A stretch of DNA of 62,084 bases, taken from sequence record SRR31156797_8083. One strand, written 5' to 3'. The notes below the pieces were generated by a model, which was given only the letters and a program-made list of their open reading frames with translations, searched no databases and was not told the DNA's origin. Position 1 is the stretch's first letter. Every line of letters begins with the position of its first letter. Positions 1 to 9,926 of this stretch are shown here, in pieces. The translations under genes were made by a program, and so were the position numbers.

Positions 1-1176
1 GATGCCGAACACTTCTTTGACGGCTTTAAACACAACCCAGACTATGCTCTCCAAGCCATTCAGGCAGCACACGAGGCTGGTGCCTCGCGACTCATCTTGT
101 GCGACACCAACGGAGGTTCACTCCCGTCGCACATCGCAGACGCCATGAAAGCCGTCCAAAAAATCTTACCGGATGCTCAATTGGGTATCCATGCCCACAA
201 CGACTCTGAAGTCGCCGTAGCCAACTCCCTTGAAGCAGTCCGACTCGGCGCGACACAAGTTCAGGGAACTATCAACGGTTATGGTGAACGGTGCGGTAAT
301 GCGAACCTTTGTTCTGTCATCCCCAACCTTGAACTCAAGATGGGAATCGAGACGATCGGACAAGACAATCTACCGAAACTTCTAAACACATCCCACTTTG
401 TCAGTGAAACAGGAAACTTGCGCCCCTTCATGCGGCAGCCTTTCGTGGGAGCTTCGGCCTTTGCTCACAAGGGTGGCATTCATGTTTCCGCCATTCTCAA
501 GGATTCACGAACATACGAACACATCCCACCAAAATCAGTTGGTAATGAACAACGCGTTTTGCTCTCCGACCAGGCAGGCAAATCCAATATTCTGTTCAAA
601 GCCAAAGAGCTTGGCTACGATCTGGGCAAAAACGATCCCACCGTGGACAAATTGCTCAAGGAACTCAAACAGCGCGAAAGCATGGGCTACGAATATTCAG
701 TAGCCGACGCCTCCTTTGAGTTAATCTTGCAGGAAGCCTTGGGCAAGCCGCTCAACTACTTCCACTTTCAGAACTTCTTCGTGGTCGACGCCAAACGCGA
801 AGAAGATCCCGAACCCTTCACCGAGGCAACTGTCATCATTGAAGTTAAAGGACAACAGGAACACACCGCTGCCACCGGTATGGGACCGGTTAACGCCCTT
901 GACCGAGCCTTGCGCAAAGGCCTTGAACGTTTTTACCCAGAACTGAGTGCCATCCGTCTGCTGGACTTCAAAGTCCGCGTCTTATCAGGTGCTGTCCGCG
1001 ATACTGGCGGCACGGCTTCCTTTGTCCGGGTTCTAGTGGAGACTGGTGACCAAACTGACCGCTGGACCACAATGGGTGTTTCTCACAATATTATCGAAGC
1101 AAGCTGGCAGGCCGTCGTCGATGCTATTAATTACAAACTTTTTAAAGATGATTCTCAACGTTCAAAAAAAGCCTGA
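1..1176 (+). CDS. cimA: Citramalate synthase (LeuA/CimA family), 5'-partial
   Basis: Frame open from base 1 (DAEHFFDG...LCDTNGG); HAHND, GYGERCGNANL and AFAHKGGIH motifs; C-terminal regulatory domain (GPVNALD, VRVL). Confidence 0.9.
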   Translation, partial: DAEHFFDGFKHNPDYALQAIQAAHEAGASRLILCDTNGGSLPSHIADAMKAVQKILPDAQLGIHAHNDSEVAVANSLEAVRLGATQVQGTINGYGERCGNANLCSVIPNLELKMGIETIGQDNLPKLLNTSHFVSETGNLRPFMRQPFVGASAFAHKGGIHVSAILKDSRTYEHIPPKSVGNEQRVLLSDQAGKSNILFKAKELGYDLGKNDPTVDKLLKELKQRESMGYEYSVADASFELILQEALGKPLNYFHFQNFFVVDAKREEDPEPFTEATVIIEVKGQQEHTAATGMGPVNALDRALRKGLERFYPELSAIRLLDFKVRVLSGAVRDTGGTASFVRVLVETGDQTDRWTTMGVSHNIIEASWQAVVDAINYKLFKDDSQRSKKA

Positions 1177-1191
1177 CCAGCCCTAACAATA

Positions 1192-1237
1192 CAATAAAAA
1201 AAGCCGGGAAACAGATGCTTCCCGGCTTTTTTTATTG
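1192..1237. terminator. Bidirectional intrinsic terminator
   Basis: caataaaaaaagccgggaa / ttcccggctttttttattg inverted repeat between convergent genes. Confidence 0.9.
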
Positions 1238-1246
1238 ATAATTTTA

Positions 1247-2494
1247 TTAATTTTTCATCTCACTCAACTGTTGCGATGTCCACGTAGCAGCCTTCATATA
1301 CTCCGCTGCCATCGTTGCACAGTTCACATTATATCGTTTTAAAACCTTACTAGCCACCGCATAATTTCCAGCCTCCACGGCCTCCATCATACGAATAAGC
1401 CCTCGACACTCGTTCGCTGCCCCGCATAGGCCTGCCATAATTTCTTTATCCAAAGGAATATTCTCAAGAGCCTTTTCCATAGGAAACGACAACAAGGCGT
1501 CCAGTTTGGAAAACAAGCCCAACATAAACATGGATTCAGATGACTGACTGACTTTCTTGCTCATCTCTGTAAACCGGGAAAGAAAACGTGCTCGATGCAA
1601 AGCCGTGTACGCAACTTCCTCGCCCTTGGAAGTTGAATCTATGTCGGTCATAACAACAACAGTCGCCCAATGCTTAAGTTCTTTCAAACCAAGTAGTGCT
1701 ACAGCCTGCTGTATGGATTTTATCTGTGTCCTGAAACCAAAAGAAGCGGAGTTAATGTACTGAAGAATACGATAACTTAAAGAAATATCAGAAGCTATTA
1801 TCGAAGCCAAATCTTCCATCCCACAATCAGGATTATTCAACTCCCCTAACAATTGTAGTTTGGCAACAGAGGTTGATCGTAACCCCTCTGCTTCCTTAAT
1901 TTCAGGAACTCCAAAAAAAGAACCCTGAAAATATTTAAAACCAAGGGCCCGAGCACCTTCATACGTTTCCCAATCATCAACGTTGGCAGCCAAAAGATTT
2001 CCCTGAAAGCCCTTGAATTTTTTACGAAGCGCAACAATTTCAGCAGGTCTTTTGTCTGCCATCGACACTTTAACGATGTCGCATTTGCCCATAAGAGACT
2101 CAATAGCATCTCCTTCGACATCATAATCAATAGCAAGAGCCCCACCACCATCACCTATAGCCTCCACCAGATGCAAACATTGTGAATTATTAGCGGCCTT
2201 GCCACTCATGGCGACAATACAATTGTCCAAATTTTCCGGAAGAACAGAACGGTCAATAGGACTTTCGCCTGTTATTGAAAGAAAAAACTTCTTTCCAATA
2301 GGACATCCGGTACCGCACGTTACCATGGAAGCTACTTGTTCTGCGACTAATTCAGCATCATTGCACTCATGGTCACCCTCCTCACACACCACAACAAATC
2401 TGTATCCCCAGACAGATTTATTCCGATCAAATATCGGCTGCTTTACAACAAGCAATCGCTTTTGTTCCTGAGCGACCATGGCATCATCACTCAT
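1247..2494 (-). CDS. EAL-like/HDOD domain signalling protein (YuxH-like)
   Basis: QPIFDR N-terminus, LGFKYFQGSFF, HDOD segment DISLSYRILQYINSA..IKSIQQAVALLG, GLFSKLDALL; start moved to the ATG after GGGAGA. Confidence 0.8.
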   Translation of the reverse strand: MSDDAMVAQEQKRLLVVKQPIFDRNKSVWGYRFVVVCEEGDHECNDAELVAEQVASMVTCGTGCPIGKKFFLSITGESPIDRSVLPENLDNCIVAMSGKAANNSQCLHLVEAIGDGGGALAIDYDVEGDAIESLMGKCDIVKVSMADKRPAEIVALRKKFKGFQGNLLAANVDDWETYEGARALGFKYFQGSFFGVPEIKEAEGLRSTSVAKLQLLGELNNPDCGMEDLASIIASDISLSYRILQYINSASFGFRTQIKSIQQAVALLGLKELKHWATVVVMTDIDSTSKGEEVAYTALHRARFLSRFTEMSKKVSQSSESMFMLGLFSKLDALLSFPMEKALENIPLDKEIMAGLCGAANECRGLIRMMEAVEAGNYAVASKVLKRYNVNCATMAAEYMKAATWTSQQLSEMKN

Positions 2495-2643
2495 GTCACT
2501 ATCTCCCATCATTTTATCCGCCAATAAAAGAGACCTTGTTCTTACACTCAAAAAAAATAATTATGTATCAATATAAGATATTTATCAATACAAGAAAGCG
2601 CCATTCTTTTTTCATATAGATATTATTGCTCATTAATTTCCTC

Positions 2644-2684
2644 AAAAAAAAGACCGTTCGACTCAGAATCGAACGATCTTTTTT
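2644..2684 (-). terminator. Intrinsic terminator after gap
   Basis: agaccgttcga / tcgaacgatct stem flanked by A and T runs. Confidence 0.75.
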
Positions 2685-2702
2685 ACTTCTAAAAAAAATG
2701 CT

Positions 2703-3686
2703 TTACAGCATTCCAGCAACCTTTTTGGTCAAACGCAGAAGTTGATTGGTAAATCCAGCTTCATTATCATACCAAATGATCAGCTTAAGCTGGGTGCCCC
2801 CCATAACACGGGTAAGCTGAGAATCCACGACACCACCAAATGTTGATCCCATGAAATCCACGGAAACCAATGGCTCTTCGGTGTATCCCATGGATTCATT
2901 CGCAGCAGCCTTGAGGGCTGCATTAACTTCTTCAACAGTGGTTTCTTTTTTCAATTCGCAAACAAGATCCACCAAAGAAACGTTCGGTGTGGGTACACGA
3001 ATGGCCATACCATCCAAAACACCGTTGAGCTCAGGAATAACCAAGCCAACAGCCTTGGCTGCACCGGTTGTGGTCGGCACCATATTCACTGCGCAGGCAC
3101 GGGCACGGCGCAGATCCTTATGAGATCCATCCAACACACGCTGGCTCATGGTGTAGGAATGCACCGTGTTCATAATGCCGTGCTTGATACCAAACAGGTC
3201 ATTGATCACCTTGGCAACTGGGGCCAAGCAGTTCGTCGTGCAGGATGCATTGGAAATAATGTTATGTTCGGGCTTGAGAATCTCATCATTGACGCTCATG
3301 ACAACGGTAACATCGGGATCCTGACCGGGGGCAGAAATAAGCACCTTTTTGGCACCGCAGTCCAGCATTTTCTGGCAGTTCTCACGATCGCGAAACTTGC
3401 CGGTAGACTCCACCACGATATCGCAACCCAGGTCACCCCAAGTCCATTCGCCGGGAGCATTACGTGTCACGGTAACGGGCTTGCCGCAAACCATAAAACC
3501 GTCAGCCGTGGGTTCCACATCGAGAAAACGGCCATGCACTGAATCATATTTGAGCAAATGGGCCAGGTCCTCATTGGAAGCACGAGCATTAACTGCGACC
3601 AATTCCAAATCACTCTCTTCCGCCAACAAACGGGCAAGATACCGTCCAATCCGTCCAAATCCGTTCAAACCAATCTTCGTTGCCAT
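2703..3686 (-). CDS. gap: Type I glyceraldehyde-3-phosphate dehydrogenase
   Basis: NGFGRIGR, ASCTTNCLAP, PTTTGAAKAV, RVPT, WYDNE. Confidence 0.95.
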   Translation of the reverse strand: MATKIGLNGFGRIGRYLARLLAEESDLELVAVNARASNEDLAHLLKYDSVHGRFLDVEPTADGFMVCGKPVTVTRNAPGEWTWGDLGCDIVVESTGKFRDRENCQKMLDCGAKKVLISAPGQDPDVTVVMSVNDEILKPEHNIISNASCTTNCLAPVAKVINDLFGIKHGIMNTVHSYTMSQRVLDGSHKDLRRARACAVNMVPTTTGAAKAVGLVIPELNGVLDGMAIRVPTPNVSLVDLVCELKKETTVEEVNAALKAAANESMGYTEEPLVSVDFMGSTFGGVVDSQLTRVMGGTQLKLIIWYDNEAGFTNQLLRLTKKVAGML

Positions 3687-3778
3687 GCCAGGTTCCTCCT
3701 GTGATATACGATTGTTTAATCCTGATAATCTTAAAAGTAATCAACAATACTTATACAATGATTTTCCGTCAACGACGG

Positions 3779-4531
3779 TTATAAATCATTCCTTTTCAAC
3801 AAATCCAAAGCCTCACTATCAGTGAAATCAAAATGCAAAGGTGTCAGAGTTACATGCCCATCAGTAAGCAAAGCCCTGTCACGATCTACACTGATCCGCT
3901 CCGGGGGAATAGCTCCATCAAGCCAATAATACGGCCTGCCACGCGGGTCTTCTCGTGTGTCATACCAATCCTGATAGGATGCTCTAGTGTGAGGACAGAC
4001 TCTCATTTCCTTGGCCTCATCAATGGGACAATTGGGAAAATTCAAATTCAACACACACTTTCTCGGCAGCTCATTCCACGGGATATTCGCTAAGAGTTCA
4101 GAACAATATCGCGCCTGCCCGCTCAAATCCTGTGGATTAAAATTATCCATGGATACGGCCATAGCCGGAATTTCCATGAGAGCACCTTCCGTTGCGGCTG
4201 AAACAGTCCCGGAATATAAAATGTCCACCCCGACATTGGCACCAGCATTGATACCCGACAAAACAAGATCAGGTGTTTTGTCGAGCAATGTGGACAATCC
4301 AAGCTTCACGCAATCTACCGGAGTCCCATAAACCCCCTGTCCCACAAAACCGTTTTCCTTGAATTCCTTGACACGAATAGGCATAGACAGCGTCACAGCG
4401 TGGCCCACTGCGGACTGCTCCGTCACAGGAGCCACGACATGAATGTCATGACCAGCTTCTTTCAAGGCAAAATAGAGTGCTCGCAATCCAACGGCCTGAA
4501 TACCATCGTCATTGGCAAGGAGTATGTTCAT
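3779..4531 (-). CDS. surE: 5'/3'-nucleotidase SurE
   Basis: ILLANDDGI, GTPVDCV, SGINAGANVG, YSGTVSAA. Confidence 0.95.
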   Translation of the reverse strand: MNILLANDDGIQAVGLRALYFALKEAGHDIHVVAPVTEQSAVGHAVTLSMPIRVKEFKENGFVGQGVYGTPVDCVKLGLSTLLDKTPDLVLSGINAGANVGVDILYSGTVSAATEGALMEIPAMAVSMDNFNPQDLSGQARYCSELLANIPWNELPRKCVLNLNFPNCPIDEAKEMRVCPHTRASYQDWYDTREDPRGRPYYWLDGAIPPERISVDRDRALLTDGHVTLTPLHFDFTDSEALDLLKRNDL

Positions 4532-4667
4532 AATCTCTCCTCAAGTATTCTCTTCAATTTGACAATCCTTGTAAAATCAGGTTCAAACCTGAAGCGGACA
4601 GTAATGTCTGCAATCCGCCCACAAACGATTAGTACGCGTATGGGCGAGGTACCTCAACATTAATCCA

Positions 4668-5708
4668 ATGGCAAGATACGTGGGAAAAAAGTCGCAATAT
4701 ATCCATAGCATGGTCCCCGGCCAACCGGTCGATGATATTTTTATACTGGCATCTGCCAATCAGGCCCAATCCAGAAACGGACCATATTGGAACATTACGT
4801 TCCAAGACGCCACAGGGACCATAGATGGCAAAATATGGAGTCCTAAAAGTCAAGAATACCCTACCCTTGAGTCCGGACAAATGGCGCATGTCAAAGGTTT
4901 TGTGGAAAGCTATAGAGATAAAAACCAGCTCAAGGTCGACCACATGGAACTCCTTGAGATTACAACTCCGGGCATCGACCTCGCAGATTTTATGCCGACG
5001 TCTTGCATACCGCCTGAAGAGCTCATGGAGATGGTTGAAGATCTCATAGCCAAGCATATCAAGTACAAACCATGGAAAACATTCTGCAAAAAAGTACTCA
5101 ACGACGAAGAAATTCGCAATCGAATGCTCATAGCTCCTGGGGCCAAGACCGTACATCATGCGTATGTAGGAGGACTTCTTGAGCATACTTTACAGGTAGC
5201 CAGAGCCTGTATGGCCCTGTGCGAAGTCTATCCAAACCTTGACCGGCAGACTCTGCTGGTCGGCGCAATATTCCATGATCTCGGCAAGGCATGGGAACTT
5301 TCGGGCGGCCTGACCAACGACTATACAGATGAAGGACGACTGCTCGGACACATCCAAATCGGACAGGACAAACTGGAACCGTTTCTCAAACGAAACAAGA
5401 CGTTGGACGACAGTCTCAAACTACACCTCAAGCACTTGATTACCAGCCATCACGGCGAACACGACTTTGGTTCTCCGGTCCGCCCCAAAACGCCGGAAGC
5501 ATTTGTCCTGCATTTCGCGGACAATATGGACGCCAAACTAAATATCATTGATCAGGCCTATGTCGACATGGATAAAACCGGCCAGGAATGGTCTCCTTAC
5601 ATGCGGTTCTTAGAACGCAATATATACCGTGCACCAAGCACCCCTGATAACACGAAAAAAAATGACGATAAGCCGGAGAACCAATGTTTATTACCTTTGA
5701 AGGCATAG
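4668..5708 (+). CDS. 3'-5' exoribonuclease YhaM/Cbf1 family (OB-fold + HD)
   Basis: N-terminal OB fold ([12 protein letters not shown]), [30 protein letters not shown]. Confidence 0.85.
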   Translation: MARYVGKKSQYIHSMVPGQPVDDIFILASANQAQSRNGPYWNITFQDATGTIDGKIWSPKSQEYPTLESGQMAHVKGFVESYRDKNQLKVDHMELLEITTPGIDLADFMPTSCIPPEELMEMVEDLIAKHIKYKPWKTFCKKVLNDEEIRNRMLIAPGAKTVHHAYVGGLLEHTLQVARACMALCEVYPNLDRQTLLVGAIFHDLGKAWELSGGLTNDYTDEGRLLGHIQIGQDKLEPFLKRNKTLDDSLKLHLKHLITSHHGEHDFGSPVRPKTPEAFVLHFADNMDAKLNIIDQAYVDMDKTGQEWSPYMRFLERNIYRAPSTPDNTKKNDDKPENQCLLPLKA

Positions 5709-6325
5709 AAGGCACCGGTAAATCAACACAGATTACCAAAATCAAAGAATATTACGAATCCCAAGGCAAGGAAGTATTCCTGACCATGGAACCGGGCGGC
5801 AGTCGTGTGGGCACTGAATTGCGCAAAATGCTTCTGCATGTCGACAACAAAGACATTACACCCATCACGGAGTTGTTCCTCTACTTGGCAGACCGCGCCC
5901 AACATATCGCTCAAGTGATCCGTCCGGCTTTGGAAGCGGGAAAAGTTGTACTTTGTGATCGCTTTGCGGACTCCACCATTGTCTATCAGGGATATGGCCG
6001 AGGACTGGATACACAAGTCCTCAAACAGCTCAACGAAGTGGCTGTAGATGGCCTGTGGCCTGATCTGACCATTGTTCTCGACATCGACCCGGAAATTGGT
6101 CTGAAGCGTGCCATGTTACGCAATATCGAAGACGGAAAAGCCAAAGAAGAAGGCCGATTTGAGGCCGAACATATTTCATTTCACAATCGCATTCGCGAAG
6201 GATATTTAACATGGGCCGCACTCAATCGAGATCGTATCAAGATTGTCAACGCAGCGGCAACACCTGAAGCTGTCTTTGACCGAATCAAAGATGTTCTTGA
6301 GGCATACCAGCCTAAATCTTCCTAA
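5684..6325 (+). CDS. tmk: Thymidylate kinase
   Basis: [15 protein letters not shown]-loop, EPGG, ADRAQH, CDRF, YQGYGRG, PDLT. Confidence 0.95.
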   Translation: MFITFEGIEGTGKSTQITKIKEYYESQGKEVFLTMEPGGSRVGTELRKMLLHVDNKDITPITELFLYLADRAQHIAQVIRPALEAGKVVLCDRFADSTIVYQGYGRGLDTQVLKQLNEVAVDGLWPDLTIVLDIDPEIGLKRAMLRNIEDGKAKEEGRFEAEHISFHNRIREGYLTWAALNRDRIKIVNAAATPEAVFDRIKDVLEAYQPKSS

Positions 6326-6447
6326 TTTGGTGTTTTTCACCAAAGAAAAACAGAATAGTACCTGAGTTTTCCAGACGATTCTGGTATGGTGCTCTCCATA
6401 GGCGTTTTTTCACGCCATATAAACTCACTCAAAAAACACCAAAAGAT

Positions 6448-7260
6448 ATGTCAGAGACACAACGCCCTTCAACAGTCCGACTTCCAATTTCGGTTCTCAT
6501 TGACACCGGAAAATATCTTGTTGTTATGGGATGTATTGTCTGGTTGCTCGCAATGGGCACAGATCGCCTTGGCTATAACTGGCAGTGGTACAGAATCCCC
6601 AAATATCTCTGGCAATTCAATGAGAATGGATTTTCATGGGGACCACTCATAGAAGGTTTGGGGGTCACCTTTCAGATAACCGGCATCAGCATGATACTGA
6701 TGCTTATCATAGGTATTACCACGGCCCTACTCAGAATGACTAATTCATGGGTCGCCAAAGGTGTAGCTCGGGGGTATATGGAGATTATCCGAAACACCCC
6801 ACTTCTCATCCAGATATTTTTCATCTACTTCGTGCTCGCACCAATTCTGGACATGTCCGCATTCTGGGCTGCGGTTATTGCTCTCAGCCTCTTTGAAGGC
6901 GCTTATGCCTCCGAGATATTCAGAGCAGGAATTATTTCCATTGATAAAGGACAATGGGAAGCGGCCCAAAGCCTCGGCATGGCTCCATTTCCAATGTATC
7001 GACATATTATTCTACCTCAAGCGATTCGCCGCGTCTTGCCTCCCATGACAAGTCAGGCTGTCTCATTGGTCAAAGATTCCGCTCTTGTCAGCACAATCGC
7101 CATTCTCGACCTGACACAGCAGGGTCGCATGATCGATGCCGAAACATTTCTTACTTTTGAAATATGGTTTACCGTTGCCGCCATATATCTTGCCGTCACT
7201 CTGGCTCTGTCCGGCGTGGTAAAGATATTGGAACAACGATCCAACGGCGTTAAGCCATAA
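6448..7260 (+). CDS. Polar amino acid ABC transporter permease
   Basis: RNTPLL, AYASEIFRAGI..GQWEAA..LG, PQAIRR, KDSAL. Confidence 0.92.
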   Translation: MSETQRPSTVRLPISVLIDTGKYLVVMGCIVWLLAMGTDRLGYNWQWYRIPKYLWQFNENGFSWGPLIEGLGVTFQITGISMILMLIIGITTALLRMTNSWVAKGVARGYMEIIRNTPLLIQIFFIYFVLAPILDMSAFWAAVIALSLFEGAYASEIFRAGIISIDKGQWEAAQSLGMAPFPMYRHIILPQAIRRVLPPMTSQAVSLVKDSALVSTIAILDLTQQGRMIDAETFLTFEIWFTVAAIYLAVTLALSGVVKILEQRSNGVKP

Positions 7261-7280
7261 CCTTAAAAAAGGAGCAAGAC

Positions 7281-7376
7281 ATGACTATATGGAGAGCCGT
7301 CAAAACCGGTACCACCATCATGATCGCCATTTTGGGGGTGTCACACGTCACTTTTGCCCAAGAATCCTGCAAGTAA
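7281..7376 (+). pseudogene. 31-aa small ORF resembling an isolated Sec signal peptide (possible remnant of a second substrate-binding protein gene)
   Basis: AAGGAG RBS then ATG; MTIWRAVKTGTTIMIAILGVSHVTFAQESCK*. Confidence 0.45.
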
Positions 7377-7419
7377 ACAGCAACATGTTCCGAGAACAGC
7401 TCGGAGCAAGGAGAACGCC

Positions 7420-8262
7420 ATGAAAACTCACCGTTTCACGACTATCTTATCTATCGTCCTCCTGTTTGCATTCATGTTCGGATGCAGCCAGCAGCCTTCA
7501 CAACAAAAAACAGACACTTCAGTCCAATCTCAAGTCAGTCAACTCGACACCATCCTTAAGCGCGGTGTCCTCAAAGTCGGCTTCGACACGTTCAAACCAT
7601 GGGCCATGAAAGATAAAAACGGCAATTACATCGGCTTTGAAATCGAAGTTGCCAAACGACTGGCCGCAGACATGGGCGTGGATGTTGAATTCGTCCCCAC
7701 CAAGTGGTCCGGTATCATTCCGGCTTTGCTGACCGGCAAGTTCGACATCATCATCGGGGGCATGTCCATTACTCCCCAACGCAACTTGAAAGTAAACTTC
7801 TCTATTCCTTATGAATATACTGGCATGTCTGTCATTGCGAGCAAAAAACTCGCAGCAGGACGGACCATGGCCTCTGAATTTAACAACCCGGCAACCACTG
7901 TGGCTGTCCGCCTCGGTACCACTGCCGCAGAAATTACAAAGAACTTTCTTCCCCAAGCCAAAATCCTCTTCTTTGACGAGGAATCACAGACCATTCAGGA
8001 ACTACTCAACGAGCGAGTCCATGCCGTGGTTGCCTCCAATCCGCTGCCCCTCAATCTGGCCAAAGAGTATCCAGACAAGCTTTACCTGCCTTTCAAAGAA
8101 GACTTCACCAGAGAACCGATCTCCTTTGCCATCAGAAAAGGCGACTTGGACTACCTGAATTGGTTGAACAATTGGGTTCTTGTGACCATGAGTACAGGAT
8201 GGCTCCAGAATCGCTACGAATACTGGTTCTATACCAACGATTGGGAAAACCAGATTCAATAG
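7420..8262 (+). CDS. Amino acid ABC transporter substrate-binding lipoprotein (family 3)
   Basis: AAGGAGA RBS, lipobox-like FMFGC, GFEIEVAK, WSGIIPALLTGKFDIIIGGMSITPQR. Confidence 0.92.
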   Translation: MKTHRFTTILSIVLLFAFMFGCSQQPSQQKTDTSVQSQVSQLDTILKRGVLKVGFDTFKPWAMKDKNGNYIGFEIEVAKRLAADMGVDVEFVPTKWSGIIPALLTGKFDIIIGGMSITPQRNLKVNFSIPYEYTGMSVIASKKLAAGRTMASEFNNPATTVAVRLGTTAAEITKNFLPQAKILFFDEESQTIQELLNERVHAVVASNPLPLNLAKEYPDKLYLPFKEDFTREPISFAIRKGDLDYLNWLNNWVLVTMSTGWLQNRYEYWFYTNDWENQIQ

Positions 8263-8275
8263 CCGAGACGATTCA

Positions 8276-9166
8276 TTGCAAAATAAGCCTCTTAAACGCC
8301 GTATACGTATAACCCCGCTAGACACCACCATCATGGTGGTTCTGGCGGGGATGTTCGGCTATATCATCTACAAAGCAGCCACAGGCCTAAACTACCATTG
8401 GAATTGGGCCATCATTCCGCAATTTTTAATCCGCTTCGACACAGACACGCAGTCATGGGTTCCTGGTCTGCTCATGCACGGCCTCTTCACGACCATTCGG
8501 CTCAGCCTCTGGTCGGGATTACTGGGCGTTATCCTGGGGACACTCATCGGACTTTTCCGTGTCAGCCCGAGTCTGTTCAGACGACAAATTGCCAGCACCT
8601 ATGTCGGATTAATCCGAAACACTCCGCCATTGGTACTCATTTTCGTTTTCTATTTCTTTGTCGGAGATCAGATAATGACACTGCTCCATGTCAATGAAGC
8701 TGTGTATGCCCTGTCCCCGGAAGCCAAAGAGGTACTCAGTTGGCTTTTCGGTCCAATGAATAGGTTCTCGCAATTCCTCTCTGCACTCGTGACACTTGCT
8801 CTGTTCGAGGCAGCCTATATTGCCGAAATAGTTCGCGCAGGAATTGAATCCATCGAACCGGGGCAATGGGAAGCCGCATCCGGGACAGGCATGAGCCGGA
8901 CCAAGGCCATGGCCTATGTAATCCTTCCTCAAGCCATACAACGCATGTTGCCAGCATTGGCTGGACAGTTTATATCCATTATCAAGGACTCGGCCATCGT
9001 ATCTGTCATTTCCATTGAGGAATTGACTTTCCAGGCCCAGCAACTCATGACAACCACTTACCGGAGTTTCGAAATCTGGACATTGGTCCTTGTCATGTAC
9101 TTTGCTCTTACTTTCATGTGCTCACTGATTGTCAGGAAACTGGAACTTACACTGCAAAGAGATTAA
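8276..9166 (+). CDS. Polar amino acid ABC transporter permease
   Basis: RNTPPLV, AYIAEIVRAGI..GQWEAA, PQAIQR, KDSAI. Confidence 0.92.
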   Translation: MQNKPLKRRIRITPLDTTIMVVLAGMFGYIIYKAATGLNYHWNWAIIPQFLIRFDTDTQSWVPGLLMHGLFTTIRLSLWSGLLGVILGTLIGLFRVSPSLFRRQIASTYVGLIRNTPPLVLIFVFYFFVGDQIMTLLHVNEAVYALSPEAKEVLSWLFGPMNRFSQFLSALVTLALFEAAYIAEIVRAGIESIEPGQWEAASGTGMSRTKAMAYVILPQAIQRMLPALAGQFISIIKDSAIVSVISIEELTFQAQQLMTTTYRSFEIWTLVLVMYFALTFMCSLIVRKLELTLQRD

Positions 9167-9273
9167 CCATGTTCAAATTCATCACTCATTTTTTCAAAGG
9201 GATATTCGACGAAAAGCCCAAGAATATTCCTGTCCCCAAAAAAGAAAACACGTTCGACACGGAGGCGTTTCAC

Positions 9274-9525
9274 ATGAACGACATCAAGGTCTACGCTCTT
9301 TCAACCTGTATTCATTGCAGAAATGCGAAGAAATACCTCGATGAATGTGGTGTAAAATATGAATGTGTCCACGTCGATGAGTTGAGTGGAGATGATCGCA
9401 AACAGATTGTTCAAGAAATCAAAGGTCACAATCCGGCCGTCTCCTTCCCAACCATTGTCATCAAAGACACGGTTGTCGTAGGATATCACAAGGACAAAAT
9501 CGACGCCGCACTCAAGGGGAAATAA
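9274..9525 (+). CDS. Glutaredoxin family protein (alternative in-frame start at 9169)
   Basis: GGAGG RBS at 9261; CIHC active site; SFPTIVI cis-Pro loop. Confidence 0.85.
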   Translation: MNDIKVYALSTCIHCRNAKKYLDECGVKYECVHVDELSGDDRKQIVQEIKGHNPAVSFPTIVIKDTVVVGYHKDKIDAALKGK

Positions 9526-9526
9526 C

Positions 9527-9859
9527 ATGGACGCGAAACAACTCTACGAAATGCTTAAAAAGGCTCAGGAACCCAAAGGATATTATTTCAATTCGGACAT
9601 GGATATGACCATGCCCCTGCTCGAAAGTCTGCTGACCAATAAAGAACGCTTTGGTTACATGGCCTGTCCCTGTCGTCTGGCAAACGGTGAATTTGAAGCC
9701 GATAAAGACATCGTCTGCCCGTGTACCTACCGAGAAGAGGACATTAAGGAATACGGCGCCTGTTTCTGTGCCCTCTATGTCAGCAAAGAATACAACGACG
9801 GAACCATAGAAAAAAAAGTGGTGCCAGAACGTAGGCCACCTGAGAAAATCATTTTTTAA
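9527..9859 (+). CDS. Ferredoxin-thioredoxin reductase catalytic subunit family
   Basis: CPCR, CPC and CFC Cys pattern typical of FTR-c. Confidence 0.88.
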   Translation: MDAKQLYEMLKKAQEPKGYYFNSDMDMTMPLLESLLTNKERFGYMACPCRLANGEFEADKDIVCPCTYREEDIKEYGACFCALYVSKEYNDGTIEKKVVPERRPPEKIIF

Positions 9860-9875
9860 TCTGAATTCATGGACT

Positions 9876-9908
9876 CAAAAAAACCCCGCCATATGGCGGG
9901 GTTTTTTG
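9876..9908. terminator. Bidirectional intrinsic terminator
   Basis: caaaaaaaccccgcc atat ggcggggttttttg. Confidence 0.9.
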
Positions 9909-9926
9909 TATTACAAAATGAACGAA

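Noticed and set aside
2589-2603. Minus-strand TGGCGC..TTGT upstream of the EAL/HDOD gene as a sigma-54 promoter
   Set aside because: Spacing is one base short and the -12 element reads GT, not GC.
5682-5699. QCLLPL at the YhaM C-terminus resembles a hexameric clamp-binding motif
   Set aside because: These bases also encode the conserved MFITFE start of the overlapping tmk gene, so the motif can be explained as a by-product.
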